Source of the DNA: the human T2T-CHM13v2.0 reference genome, Homo sapiens
Reading direction: 5' to 3' (one strand)
Length of the DNA stretch: 64,000 nucleotides
NCBI RefSeq assembly: GCF_009914755.1
Contig: NC_060928.1
The notes under the pieces are model-generated. The model saw nothing but the letters and a program-made list of their open reading frames with translations, was not told the origin of the DNA and searched no databases. Made by a program: the position numbers and the translations under genes. Within the stretch, counting starts at the first letter, position 1. The number at the start of each line of letters is the position of its first letter. Of the stretch, positions 1 through 11,793 are shown one piece after another.

Positions 1-2949
1 GGCTTTCCCTGGGAAGGAACTCAGCTTGAAGAGCATTTTGTAGATTATGATTAATGCTTAACTAACTCTGCTTCTACTTTTCTGACCACTGGCTGCCCAG
101 TACTAAATAAAATATACCACAACCAAATAACATAATAGAATTAAACATGTATTGGAGCTTAAAAAAATGCTTCTTGAGAATTAAAAGAAAAAAATACATA
201 TGAAGGACAGAAAAAACAAAATTTCAAAAAGTTTTCCACAAACTTAAGGCATGCTGTGTTGGGCAATGGAAAGCTTTCCGAAAGACAGTCTGTCCTGTTA
301 CCCATGCTAGCGGCAGAACAGGATAAGCCAAAGAAAAGGTTATCATAGGGAAGATGTAGAAATAGCTTGGTAATACGAGCTTGCCAAAAAAATTGATACA
401 GAGCCAGTAATTTACCTTCAACAGGGTAAGAAATGGGAAGCCAGATTAACGTATAAGGACATTCAGCAGTGGACTAATATGTTGACATTTCCTGAATCTA
501 TTCCAGGAATGGATGGAACATTTTGGATGGGTTGTAGTTGTCTCCAATACTCGGTAATAACGCATTTATTATTAAATGCATGTTATGAATTTTTTGTGAT
601 AAGCTCTTCAGAACAGGGGTCACATAGATTTATGCAGTCTGTAAGCTGTATATAAATTAAGCACACTCTGAAAGTTACGATGGTGCTAATACAGTGAAGA
701 GGTCATGAAAATAATATGGTCTTATCTAAGTCAACTAAGACTATCACCATTTTAAAATTTTGAAAACTGTGCACTGTCATGCTTTTTGATGTGCCTGCTC
801 AGCTTGAAAATGTACTTGTCAATTGAAATTTGCCTTAAAATTTTAACCAGGACCTCAGTTCCAAATACAGCAAATAAACAATGCCCCCTTTTGTTACCAC
901 AAATAATTAAAAGCCATCTTTTCAACTGAGGCTCTCTGATAGGTGAAGTCAATAATTTTCACCAAGTCTTTGAGGGGAAGAAAAAAACTATGTCAATAAA
1001 GTGGTGGTGGTTGGGATGGGATCATTTGACTACATGTTCAGAACGGACCTAATACCTGAGGTAGTGCAGCTTCAAACCCAGGTCTGTGCCACCTGCTCTA
1101 TCAACAGGGCTGGTGAGGACTCACACAGAACCCAGCCCCCTCTGTGGCAGCCTGGAGCCAAGGAAAATTTTTTACCCCTCACCCACTCTGCTTTTTGTTT
1201 GCTATTTTTTTGTTGTTGTTTTTCATGCCCATTCTTGTAAATGTGTAAGATAGGAAAACAAATCAAAAGAGGCAAAGCCCTCATTAGACTGCCTTCTTAA
1301 TCCAAGCGAGGCAGAAAGATAATTAATCGATATTTAGTACTTCGGACATATTGGTCCTTAGAAAGTAAACAATACCAATGAAACAGTAAAGAATCCTATT
1401 CATCTTTATTTTTATATCACCGTTATTATTATTTGGTTGTGGGTGATCATTGTTTTTCTTTAGGGCTTTCCAAATAGAGCGCCCAATCTGAGAACTACAT
1501 TTAATTGTTCTGTGCCTCACTGGAGTACAACTATAATCCTGCAGTCAATTCAAGAAAATGAAGAGCAACGTTTTCTTTACAACCTCTATTTTTGAGATTT
1601 TACCTCAATACAGACTGTTAAAATACTCTCAGAAGCCAAGGTTAACTTTTAAACTAATTATTTTAAAAGGAAATATAACTTGTAGAGCATGTTTCTTTCT
1701 TTTTTTTTTTTTTTTTTTGGTACACAGAATTTACTTGCAACTCTGCTTAAGAGTTAAGGCTTACATTACATTCATCACACTCATCACACATACCAGTGAG
1801 AGATGCATGTGAAACAGCTGAAGCTAAAATACACTCCTATTCTGTACACAGCCCTGGCATTTATTAGTGCGTAAGTCTAATCAACAGGCTAAATCATTGT
1901 CATAAAATGATAGAAAATTTTATTTTCAGGCAGTCATCTTTCAAGTCATTTGTTGCTAATTTGCTAAACTGGGATTCACTATGAAATCTACAGCTGATGT
2001 CTCTGTCTATTGAAGCAAGCATTATCTTTCTATTTTCAAAAGTAAGCTGTGGCTTGGGCTTGCTGTCTTCTTCCCAGTAAGGTCAGGAGGCTGGGCTTGC
2101 TTCCACCTGCGAGTGTATCACAAACCAGGCGCGCGCACCCGAGCCCTCCCTCCACCAGGGCGGAAACCAGAGAACACAACCCAAACACCGAAAGTTTCTG
2201 GTCGCAAACTCTACTCATCTTGCCGTGTCCAGAGACCCGGCACTGGGAACGGCACTGGCTTTTGTTCCAGGGTCCCCCAGCTGGCGAGGTAAACGCCACA
2301 GCAGTCCTTGATCCCCAAAGGTTGTGAGAGATTCTGTGGCACGGGAATTTTGGAGCCTCCCGAAAGGAGCCCATTTCTCCGCAATCCATGCGCGTGGGGT
2401 GTACAAATACACGAAAAGAGGACGCGGGGTGGGCAGGCATGAAACCTTCAGTGCCTCTTAAATTCTCAGTCTCAGGTTCACAAAGTGAATCTCCTCCTCC
2501 GTGGAAGGGCGCTAGGGGGGCGGGGGCTGGGAGAGAAATAGGTTGGAGAAAGGGACCGGAGCTACAGTCGAGATGCGGGACCGGCCCCGCCTCCGGCTAC
2601 AATCAGAAAAACTACAGTGTGTCAGTGGTTTTCGGTTTCCTGTTTGTAAAGCGAGAACCTCCCCCGACTCGAACTGTCGTTCTTCCTCAAAACCAACCGA
2701 GACGGCCCCTTCTTCGCGCTCGGGGCAGGCTCAGCCGCAGGGGGAGCGGAGAGGAGGGACGCGGGGGCATGGGGGGCGCGGCGGGGCGGGGACAGCCGCG
2801 ATGAAGCGGGCAGGGCCACGGGGCGCAGCACCCCTCCCAGCCCAGCGGCCCCGGGGGCTGAGCTGGGCCGCGAGGCGGACAAAGCGCCTCCCGCTCCCTC
2901 CCCCACGGCCACGTTCCAAAAGGGAGGAAGAAGGCGGGCAAGAGTGGCT

Positions 2950-3006
2950 GGAGGAGGAGGAAGGGAGGAGGAAGGGGAGGGGGAGGAGGAAGAGGAGGAG
3001 GGAAGG
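2950..3006 (+). repeat. Uninterrupted polypurine (GGA/GGG) tract
   Basis: About 57 consecutive purines. Confidence 0.9.
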
Positions 3007-4613
3007 TGCTGCCGGCGGGACTGGGCAGGATCGCGCCGACCTGGGAGGGGAGGGAGGAGGGGTTGAGCGCCCCCGGAGAACTGGGAGGAGGGAAGGATTC
3101 TTGAAGCCCAAGATAAACAAATTGTTCCTCTTCACGTGCGGGGTGGGGGGACGTGGGGAGCGAGCACTGCGGCGTCGCCTCCCCTCCCCCAAGCCGACTC
3201 TTTGTCACCGAGCGCCGGCCCGAGCCCCCGGCGAAAGCCCACGGCAGCACTGGCACCACCCCGGCGCCGGGGACTCACAGACCGGGAACGTGTGCGATTT
3301 CTAAACCGCACGACGGGAGGGCCGCCCCTGCCGGGCTCTGCGCCGCCGATCGCTGGGCGGTCTGCACGGGAAACAGGCGAAGGCGCGCGGCCCCGGCACG
3401 CTCCAGGATTCCCGTCGCCTGGCCCACCCAGCACCCGGGCGGCGCGGTGCGGGGGGGGGGGGCACACACCTTTCCCAAGCTTCCGGCCTCCCCTCACCCA
3501 GAAAGGAAAGCAAAAGAACCGGAGAGGGGAGATAAGAGAAAGGATTCTAGCCTCCGGCTTGGGGGGTGGGAACTGCCCCTTCCTCCTGGAGAAGTTAAGC
3601 CATTGGCTGCTCATCCTACCTCGAACCCGCCCACCCAGCCATTTAAGCCTCTTTTACCTCCCTGCTACCTTCCATTGCTCTGGGCTTATTAAGCAGGCCC
3701 CCAAAGTTGGCGGGCAGCGGGGCAGGGGGCGCCAAGCGGAGAAAGACTCCGTGCACGCAAGTTTAAAAGGAAAAAAGGAAAGAATCCCAAGCGAAGTTGT
3801 GTGGTGGGGCCTCTTGGCGCAAACCCTGGGTATTGCTTTCCCCTCCCGCCCCCTCCAGGCCGCTCCCCTCTTAACCCTCCCAGCCGCTCCACCTGCCGGG
3901 CTAGCCCCGAGTCGCGAGCAAAGAGCGGAGCGCACCCGCGCCCCGCATCCGCGCGCGCTCCCGCGAGCACCCCCGCGCGCAGCCACCCTCGCTCGTTTCT
4001 CACCCACTTCAAAGTTCATTCACAAAACTCTCAGACTTTCTCAGCCCAAAGGGGGTGAGCTGGGGAGAGGAGGCGAGAGGCTCTCCTTCCCCGCTTCCCC
4101 CCTAGGGGTTGAGGGCCTGGTGCCCGCCCAGAACCTGCGACAGCATCAATATTTCCACGCACCCGGCGGATGTGCTGAGAGGGGTGGGCGTAGGGGGACG
4201 GGTCTGGGGAGGCGAGGCGGCGCGGCTAGAGGTGGGGTGGGGAGCGGCGAAGAGGAGGAGCAAGGTTTCAACTCAGGGGTTCACTCTTTCAAATCGGTAT
4301 CTTAAGAAAGGGAAGGGGGGAAACTTTTCCAGCACCTCACTCCGACGCTCCTCTAGGCTCCCTCCGCCCCTCGCAGTCGTGACTGGCTTCTCCCCTCTCG
4401 CCCCCTCCTCCCCAAATCTGACAACCCTGACAGATTAACAGGTAGCGACGACGGCAGCTTTTTCCCTAAGAAAAGTTGACGTTAACCCTTAGGCTTCAGC
4501 CCACCTCACCCACCGTGCAAATCAGACCCTTGTACCCCCATGTAAGAAGCTCCACGCGCCCCCCCCCACCACCACCACCCCCAACGCGCGCCGCAAGCCC
4601 GCTGCCCGTGCGC

Positions 4614-4619
4614 CCTCAC
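4614..4619 (-). other. MAML3: 5' splice donor of MAML3 intron 1 (ATG|GTGAGG)
   Basis: Canonical G|GTGAG at the point where MAML3 protein similarity ends. Confidence 0.92.
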
Positions 4620-5087
4620 CATGATCAGCGTGTGGTTCCTCTGCTCCGCCGAGGCAGCCTCCGCATCTTGCTGGGGTTTGCTCGGGTGCTGCTGTTTGCC
4701 GGTGCCGGCGCCCGATTTCTTGGCCCTCTGCTCCAGGGTCCGCTGGTAGAGGCTCACGGTGTCCCGGCGCTCCAGCTCCAGCTGCTCCACCTGAGCCTGC
4801 TGGTACCTGTTCTCGCAGTTGACGTGGTGCCGACGGCAGCCCTCGATGCGCTGGCGGAGCCGCTCCACCACGGTGCTGTGCTTGGGAACGGCCGCCGAAC
4901 CGCCGCCGGGGCCCCCGGAGCCGCCGCATCCACCGGCTGCCGGGTGATTGCTACTCGGAGCAGCGGGAGTACTATTGGGAGTATTATTCACACCGATCCC
5001 GGCCCCGCCGAGGCTGCTGTTCAGGCTACTGTTGATGCAAATACTACTGCCATTCGCGGCAGCAGCGGGGGCTGCGAAATCCCCCAT
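4620..5087 (-). CDS. MAML3: Mastermind-like protein 3, coding exon 1 (aa 1-156, includes the N-terminal MAML helix that binds NICD/CSL)
   Basis: Translation MGDFAAPAAAANGSSICINSS...VPKHSTVVERLRQRIEGCRRHHVNCENRYQQAQVEQLELERRDTVSLYQRTLEQRAKK...NHTLIM matches the MAML3 N-terminus. ATG at 5087 in context AGGATGG; 468 nt ending in phase 0 at a GT donor. Confidence 0.97.
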
Positions 5088-5694
5088 CCTGCTCCCCGGG
5101 CACACTATTTTGGAAGAACTTTTTTTATCCACCCCCCTATCAGCCTCCTCCTTGGGTCCAAGGATTAAAATAGTTTAAGTGGAACGCGGGGGAGACGCAA
5201 GCACATGGATGGAAACGGCGATCCCGACGGGGCGAAAAAAACGGGGGGGGAGATTTTGGGGTGGTTTTTGTTTCCTTTTTTTAAACTGTAAAAGCTCAAG
5301 GGGAAGAAAAGGGGGGAACGTTATCGGAATACCATCAGACACCTATCAACAAAAAGAATCACAACAAACTGAGCCAGCAGCAAATCGGGTTGCAACTCAA
5401 GGGGAGATCCGCTCCTTGCTTGCCTTCTTTTTATAATCCATTATTTTCTAATAAATTCCAGGAGATTTCCGGTGGTTGGCAAGCATTTTCTCCCTACATA
5501 CCGAAAAACACACCCCATGTACACACACAAGCATATGCCTCCAGTGCGGACACGCGCGACACACACTCACTCCACACCGCATCGGAAAACGGCAAGCTTG
5601 CTTATTGCATTTTCCTTCCACAAAAAAGTTTTGGTGTTTATGCCGCCCCGTGTTCTCAAAGTACTTTGGCTGCTCAGTTGCATTTCACAGGAAC

Positions 5695-5850
5695 CTAGAT
5701 ATCGAATCCTCGGGCTGGGGGAAGTAAACACATGGACAGTCCGAGGCGACTGCAAAAGTAGATCGGTGAAGTCCTTTGCAAAACGCCGCGCAGAGAGCAG
5801 CACCTAACGCTCGGCTGGGCTGCCGCTGCCGCCGCTGCTCCTGCCACCAT
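5695..5850 (-). other. uORF2, 51 aa MVAGAAAAAAAQPSVRCC...GFDI*
   Basis: GTGATGG strong Kozak context; C-terminal part of track ORF 5695..6045. Confidence 0.55.
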
Positions 5851-5858
5851 CACAATGA

Positions 5859-5933
5859 TCAACTGCTCGCCGCCGCCGCCGCCGCCGCCTCCTCCTCCTC
5901 CTCTCGCTCCTCCACCTCCTCCTCCTCCTCCAT
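5859..5933 (-). other. uORF1, 24 aa MEEEEEVEEREEEEEAAAAAAASS*
   Basis: GGCATGG strong Kozak context, TGA at 5861-5859. Hand-translated; below the ORF-track cutoff. Confidence 0.6.
5868..5930 (-). repeat. Compound (GGA)n/(GGC)7 trinucleotide repeat in the 5' UTR
   Basis: Plus strand reads (CGC/GCC)7 followed by interrupted (CCT)n. Confidence 0.95.
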
Positions 5934-5939
5934 GCCAGC

Positions 5940-5946
5940 GGAGTGA
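5940..5946 (-). promoter_or_regulatory. Initiator-like element TCACTCC (candidate TSS, A+1 = 5944), TATA-less CpG-island promoter
   Basis: Fits YYANWYY. A forkhead-type TGTTTAC lies at 5967-5973 where a TATA box would be. Confidence 0.55.
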
Positions 5947-6222
5947 TATCAGGACGCGCGAGCTCAGTAAACACGGCAGCGGCGGCGGCTGGAGGCCGTG
6001 AGACAGGCCCGCGGACACGGCGCAAAACCCGGCCCGGACTCTCACCCGGCAGGAGCGGGCGCGGCACGCACCAGCACCCGGCTCCCGTCTCCGTCGCCTC
6101 GGCGCCCGGCGCCCCTCCTACGCCCCCAACCACACTACCGCCCCGCCGAGAAGCCCAGAGCCGTCGGCGACGGAGAGAAGAAAGATTCTGGGGGGATCTC
6201 AGAAATAAATCAACTTTTGACC

Positions 6223-6284
6223 TGTGTGTGTGCGTGAGAGCGTGTGTGAGTGTGTGTGTCTGTGTATGCGCGCGCGCGTGCGCG
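6223..6284. repeat. (TG)n/(CG)n alternating purine-pyrimidine tract upstream of the TSS
   Basis: tgtgtgtgtgcgtg...tgtgtatgcgcgcgcgcgtgcgcg. Confidence 0.9.
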
Positions 6285-7810
6285 GGGACGCGCCTGGTAG
6301 GGTTTCCTTATTCCAAGGAAAGTATCAAGCGATCCCAAGTTGTTGTTATACATTTATGCATTATATTGCAGAACTGTGCATGACCAGGCAGAAACATTGA
6401 AGCTTTACAGCAGTTGTCTGTCATCCCTATCCATGTGGAAAGAAAAAGGCAAATGAGTGACTTGTTTTTAAAACCCAGGTAATAAGTCTGCGCTAGTAAC
6501 AGCGCTACTTACGGACACTTGTTCCAAGTCTAGGCCAGACTGAACACACAAATACCAAATTCTAAATAAATAGAAATAGGCATCAAAAATGTGTAATATT
6601 TAACTCACTGTACATAATGATTGTTGTTACTAAGTCAATTATTGTTTTACTTACCCTTGGAAAAAAATAAAGCAAGCAGGGGCTTGGAGGTGAGACTAAC
6701 AGTACATTTAAACAGACTGTTTTGAACACTAGGTGCTAATGACAGCAGTAATTAAGGTCCTTCGTAAATCAAGTGGAAAGATTGCAGATTTCATAGACTA
6801 GAACTATAGAAAAAACACAGCATTTCACAGTTTGTCATGACCAAAACAAAAACAAGCAAAAATAACAGGCCTACTTTATTGCTGGATATATTTCTTTCCA
6901 TTTCAATGAATTCACAATAAGTACAATTAAAATGGACTAGCAACTGCAGAAATCAATCTAAACTTTCCATTTTATTAAAGCACATTATCTTTCCCGATAT
7001 TATCTAAAAACAAAAATAACAACTAAGGATCAAATATTCTTGAATATGGACTTAAACCATTGCATATACATATTTTTAAAAATTAAGATGGAGAAATTAT
7101 TATTTCTCTAATAATCAGTAAACTATAAATCTTGATTGTGAGATGTTAATTATAAGTCATTTTGTATTATTTCAATAAATCTTAAGAATTAGTTTTTAGG
7201 GTAAAAATACACCCCAGTTTTCTAAAATAGCCAGGAATAAAAGAACTTTGGATCTTATGCATTAGTCATGAGATCTGATTTAAACCATCTTCATTTCTTG
7301 GCATTGCAGATTAGCACAGGATGCTATTTCTAACCTCATAATGTCAGCGATAAGAAGCTATATTTTTCTTCAATTAATCAGTTCTATATAGTGAACGATA
7401 TTTTTAATATTCACTGGATATATGGCAAAATGGGCAGCAAAATATTTAATACGGTGTGAGGCTACTTCTAAGCAGTAAAACCAACTTAAGAGAGTGTATA
7501 TTTCATTGAAGTTGCCACACTTTTTCTGAAGGCTATTTAGTTAATATACAAATTTCTGTATCAAACTGCCCTTCTTCAAGTCTCAGTCAGAAAATTTAAC
7601 TGGACTAGGTCTGTAGCAAAAGAGCCCGTTCAGATTCTGAAAATATGTAGAGAATTTTAAGAAATTAGAAAAAGAGGTAGCAAAGTGGCCTTTATCTTTT
7701 TCACATATTCACTAAATAATATCTCTATTAACTCAGGAAACACATGGCTTCGCCACAGAGGGGAAGCTATGACTCTGCATTCGCTTTGCTCTCTCTTCAC
7801 CGTAGTTTAA

Positions 7811-8206
<396 letters not shown>

Positions 8207-9644
8207 TGAGGGTCTTAAGCACTGGGTCTTTAGTTTTTGAGACTTGGGTTCTCATTTTAGCTTTTTCCTGTGACTCAGAATTTAATTATTCATTGAGAGT
8301 TTCTCATTCTGGGGAAAAAATGACAACAATAGCAGCACCATGTATTCCCTTCAAGCTGTTTACCTCTCCTACCATGAAGGGAAACCAAAAAGACACAAGA
8401 ATTTGCATCCTTCCCTTTGGGGAACCAGCAGGTGGGACAGCACACTTTGTGGTTTTACCACAGAGTTCCCCAATGACAAATGAAGCTCTTCTTGCACAAC
8501 CACAGTATACTTTGCTGCCTGATTTTAGTGCATGAATGGGCTATACCCAAAAGAAAAACTGTTACATGTGTACACACAAACAAGCGCACACACAGGCACC
8601 CGTCTTTCATCTCTCCAAAATGGGAGTGGCAGCCACAAGCTCCAAGCCCCAGATGTGGGGAAAGGAAGAACTGTGAAACTGTGTGATGGCCAGAGGGGAA
8701 GAATCTTTGAGAAACCGACCTGTGCAGGACTCTGCTGTGACGTACCAGAGGTCAGAAACCCCATTCTCATTGTGCAGGAAGATTAGAAGAAAGAAGCAAG
8801 AAGCAAGCAAGGCTTGCATCTTGAGCAACATATGCCAGTCACCCTGAATTAGAGATGTTGATCTACTCCAGTGACCTTAGAAGAAACAGAGACCTTTATG
8901 CTGGCTACTTCCAGATCCCATGATATGGTCCTGCAAGGTTTCCAGCTTTGTTGGTCACCTTCCTAAAGAACTCCTTGAAAGTCATAGAGAAATCCAAGTT
9001 CTGGAGAAGCAATTTTAGTCCCTTCTCACAGCACAACACTGACAGCATGACCATCTTTGTCTTTTCTGTGAGCCTGCTACAAGGCAAAACTTCAGGATGA
9101 AAGCGGTAGACACAGCATCAATGCTATTGTTCTTGAATGACAAAAAATAATAATAATAATAATTGAGATGCCATAGCAGTGATGAGAAAGAAATTACTAT
9201 GACTGCATCCCCAACTGTGATGATATCTCTCTGGATGCCAAGGAAAGAAGGGCTTGATGAATAAGTAGCTACACCAGGTTATCCTGTTGTCCTGGCTCTG
9301 AGCCAAAGTTGGCAGTTCTGAGGAGTTCAACCAGGTTCCATTTCCTTTACACCAAGTCTGTGTCATCTTCCTATATTCACCTGAGAAGGCCTAGTGTCCC
9401 AGTGACAAGAAAGAGACCTTTGTGCGGAAATTCCAGTCTATGTGCCCCCTCTGTTTCCCTCTTACTATGGATCAATAGATCTGCTTTCATAAAAGAGTAT
9501 CTTGTGGCTAAAGAAGAATAGGAACCCTCTGCTGCCCACATATGAGCAACCAAACCTTTATATCTTTCCAAAGTGGGGCCCAGGCACTCCTAAATTACTA
9601 GCAGCCGGGGGATGTGCCCTCAGCTGTCTAGCAATAGGTATCAT

Positions 9645-10060
9645 TTCAATAATTCCATGAATATATTTATGGCCTTCTGTGTGCCACACACTGTGGTAGG
9701 CACTGGGTGAACAGCATAATAACAGTGTATAGAACACAGTCCCAACCTCAATGACGGCCAACTAGAATCAGGGCAGTATATGCCATAATAGAATTAATAT
9801 GGAGTGGGTGTAGGAACAAGCAAAAGAGTGCATGCTTGGAGGAGCTAAGAATCCGTCTCCAAAAAAATCCAGTGGTAGTTCCTTCTCACACGATTGTGAG
9901 TGTGAAAGAGTGTGATGAGAAATGAGATGGAGGCTGGGGAGACAAGCAGGACCTGGATTGTTCAAGGCCATCCAGTTTAGACTATATCCTTGGGACAATG
10001 GCTGCCATTAAAAGGACTTAAGCTGATTTACACTGTTTACTTTGGCAATGCAGTGGATGT
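9645..10060 (-). mobile_element. L2 fragment
   Basis: Degenerate antisense L2 3'-end motifs (atatatttatggcc...tgtgccacacactgtggtaggcactggg). Confidence 0.6.
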
Positions 10061-10067
10061 ATTATTA

Positions 10068-10299
10068 TAGCGTTTTCAGAAGTGTGTCTGAAAAACTTGG
10101 TTCCGTAAGATGCTTTACCAGAAAGGCTTCTGAGCTAAGTAAGTTTAGGACATGTTCTGTACTGCATCTCTCCAAAGAGTTATTACCACATTGAAGGTCA
10201 CAAGAAATCTTGAAGCAAAGCATGTTTAACTTTGTTTAACCTAACATTGCCAAAATCCTGTTATGTCCCACAGAATAGAACACACTCTAGAAAGCTCTG
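10068..10299. mobile_element. hAT-Charlie MITE (MER112/MER113-like)
   Basis: Motifs aagtaagtttagg and catgtttaactttgtttaacc; degenerate terminal inverted repeats. Confidence 0.5.
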
Positions 10300-11214
10300 T
10301 GGTATAGGAGAGAGTGAAAACTGAAGGCAGTTCTAAATCCACTTAAATTTACAACAATTGCCTGGGCACGTAGCCTAAGTCAACGACCACAAGGCCCTTG
10401 CCATCTGCTCTACCAGAATCACTAGTCCAGATCTCCCGGGCCTTCCTAACCTCAGCTGGGTGTGTGAATTCTGACCTTTAAATATTGAGGAAGTAGCAAC
10501 ACAAAGGCAAAATCCCAAAAGGGTGAATTTGACTAGCCTTTTTCAGCATTAGTACTTTGAGTATGTTATATTAATATCTATCCCTGTGTAATAAAACCTC
10601 CTTATTAGGAGAAAAGGTTGGCCTTATTTAACTGAAAAGATTATGTAATATCTTTAAAGCTATAGATTTTCATTACATTTGAAGCATGCACTCTGTCTAG
10701 CCTAACAAAACTGGCCTCTTGGAGCTATTTTAATGATCTCCTTTTACCTATGAAGCAATTGCATATAGGTGACATGCCTCATGAACTAGGGGTGTTTCAA
10801 AAATTTGCTTTCTTAAGTATTTAAATACCTCTCGCAAGATTCTGTGTATGTTGTTAATTCTCATTTTTTATTAAGAAGGGGTTTACTAAGTCCTAGACCA
10901 TGTCATAAATTTTGAGAGGAGTATGAATTAATAGGATTTATTTTCTTATTCATGTATTTTAATATGTATATAATAGTTTCATGGTTATTAGGGGAAAGGT
11001 TATCTAAAGTCCATGGCAGAGAAATTTTTTAAAAGTCTCTCATTCTGTTTCATATATATTTCTACTCTCACGGTTAAATAATATAATAAGGCATCTGACT
11101 TGAACAATGTCTGGCTTTCATATACAAAGTTGAAGACTTCTGAAAGAAAATATTTATGAATTTTTAAATTTATTGAAGGCCCATAATCAGCTAAACTGTT
11201 AACGTTAGAAATAA

Positions 11215-11375
11215 TTAATTGTGATGGCCAACAGTCATTGAAAATTTGCTCTATTCCAGGTTCTATTGTTATCCTCTATTTCACTGATATAGAAACTGAG
11301 GCACAGAAAACTTAAAGAACTTTCCCCAAACCACACAGCTTAAAAATGGCAGAGACCCAATTTGAACCAAGCTAT
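11215..11375 (-). mobile_element. MIR fragment
   Basis: Core gaaactgaggcacagaa...ccacacagct...gagacccaatttgaacc. Confidence 0.75.
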
Positions 11376-11427
11376 GGAAGAAATATGTAACCAAGTTCCT
11401 AAGGTTCCTTCTCATTTTAAGATTCTA

Positions 11428-11793
<366 letters not shown>

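Larger units (their letters stand above)
1..4619 (-). other. MAML3: MAML3 intron 1, 5' part (continues beyond the window)
   Basis: Lies downstream of the donor site; no further MAML3 coding sequence in the window. Confidence 0.9.
5088..5944 (-). other. MAML3: MAML3 5' UTR (approximate, ~0.85 kb)
   Basis: Region between the ATG and an Inr-like element. Length agrees with my recollection of the annotated transcript (not verified). Confidence 0.65.
2380..6295. promoter_or_regulatory. CpG island spanning the MAML3 promoter, exon 1 and proximal intron 1
   Basis: Very high GC and CpG density with many CGCG and GGGCGG motifs, against AT-rich flanks. Confidence 0.93.

Noticed and set aside
2036-4438. 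Many long overlapping ORFs, including 3136..4305 (389 aa) and 2543..3304 (253 aa)
   Set aside because: Low-complexity Arg/Gly/Pro/Ala translations on both strands with non-ATG starts and no domain. Expected from stop-codon scarcity in a CpG island.
4506-4619. C-terminal VRAHGQRACG...LHGG of the 208-aa track ORF
   Set aside because: Read-through into intron 1 past the GT donor; not MAML3 protein.
4476-5168. 230-aa plus-strand ORF
   Set aside because: Antisense shadow of the GC-rich MAML3 exon.
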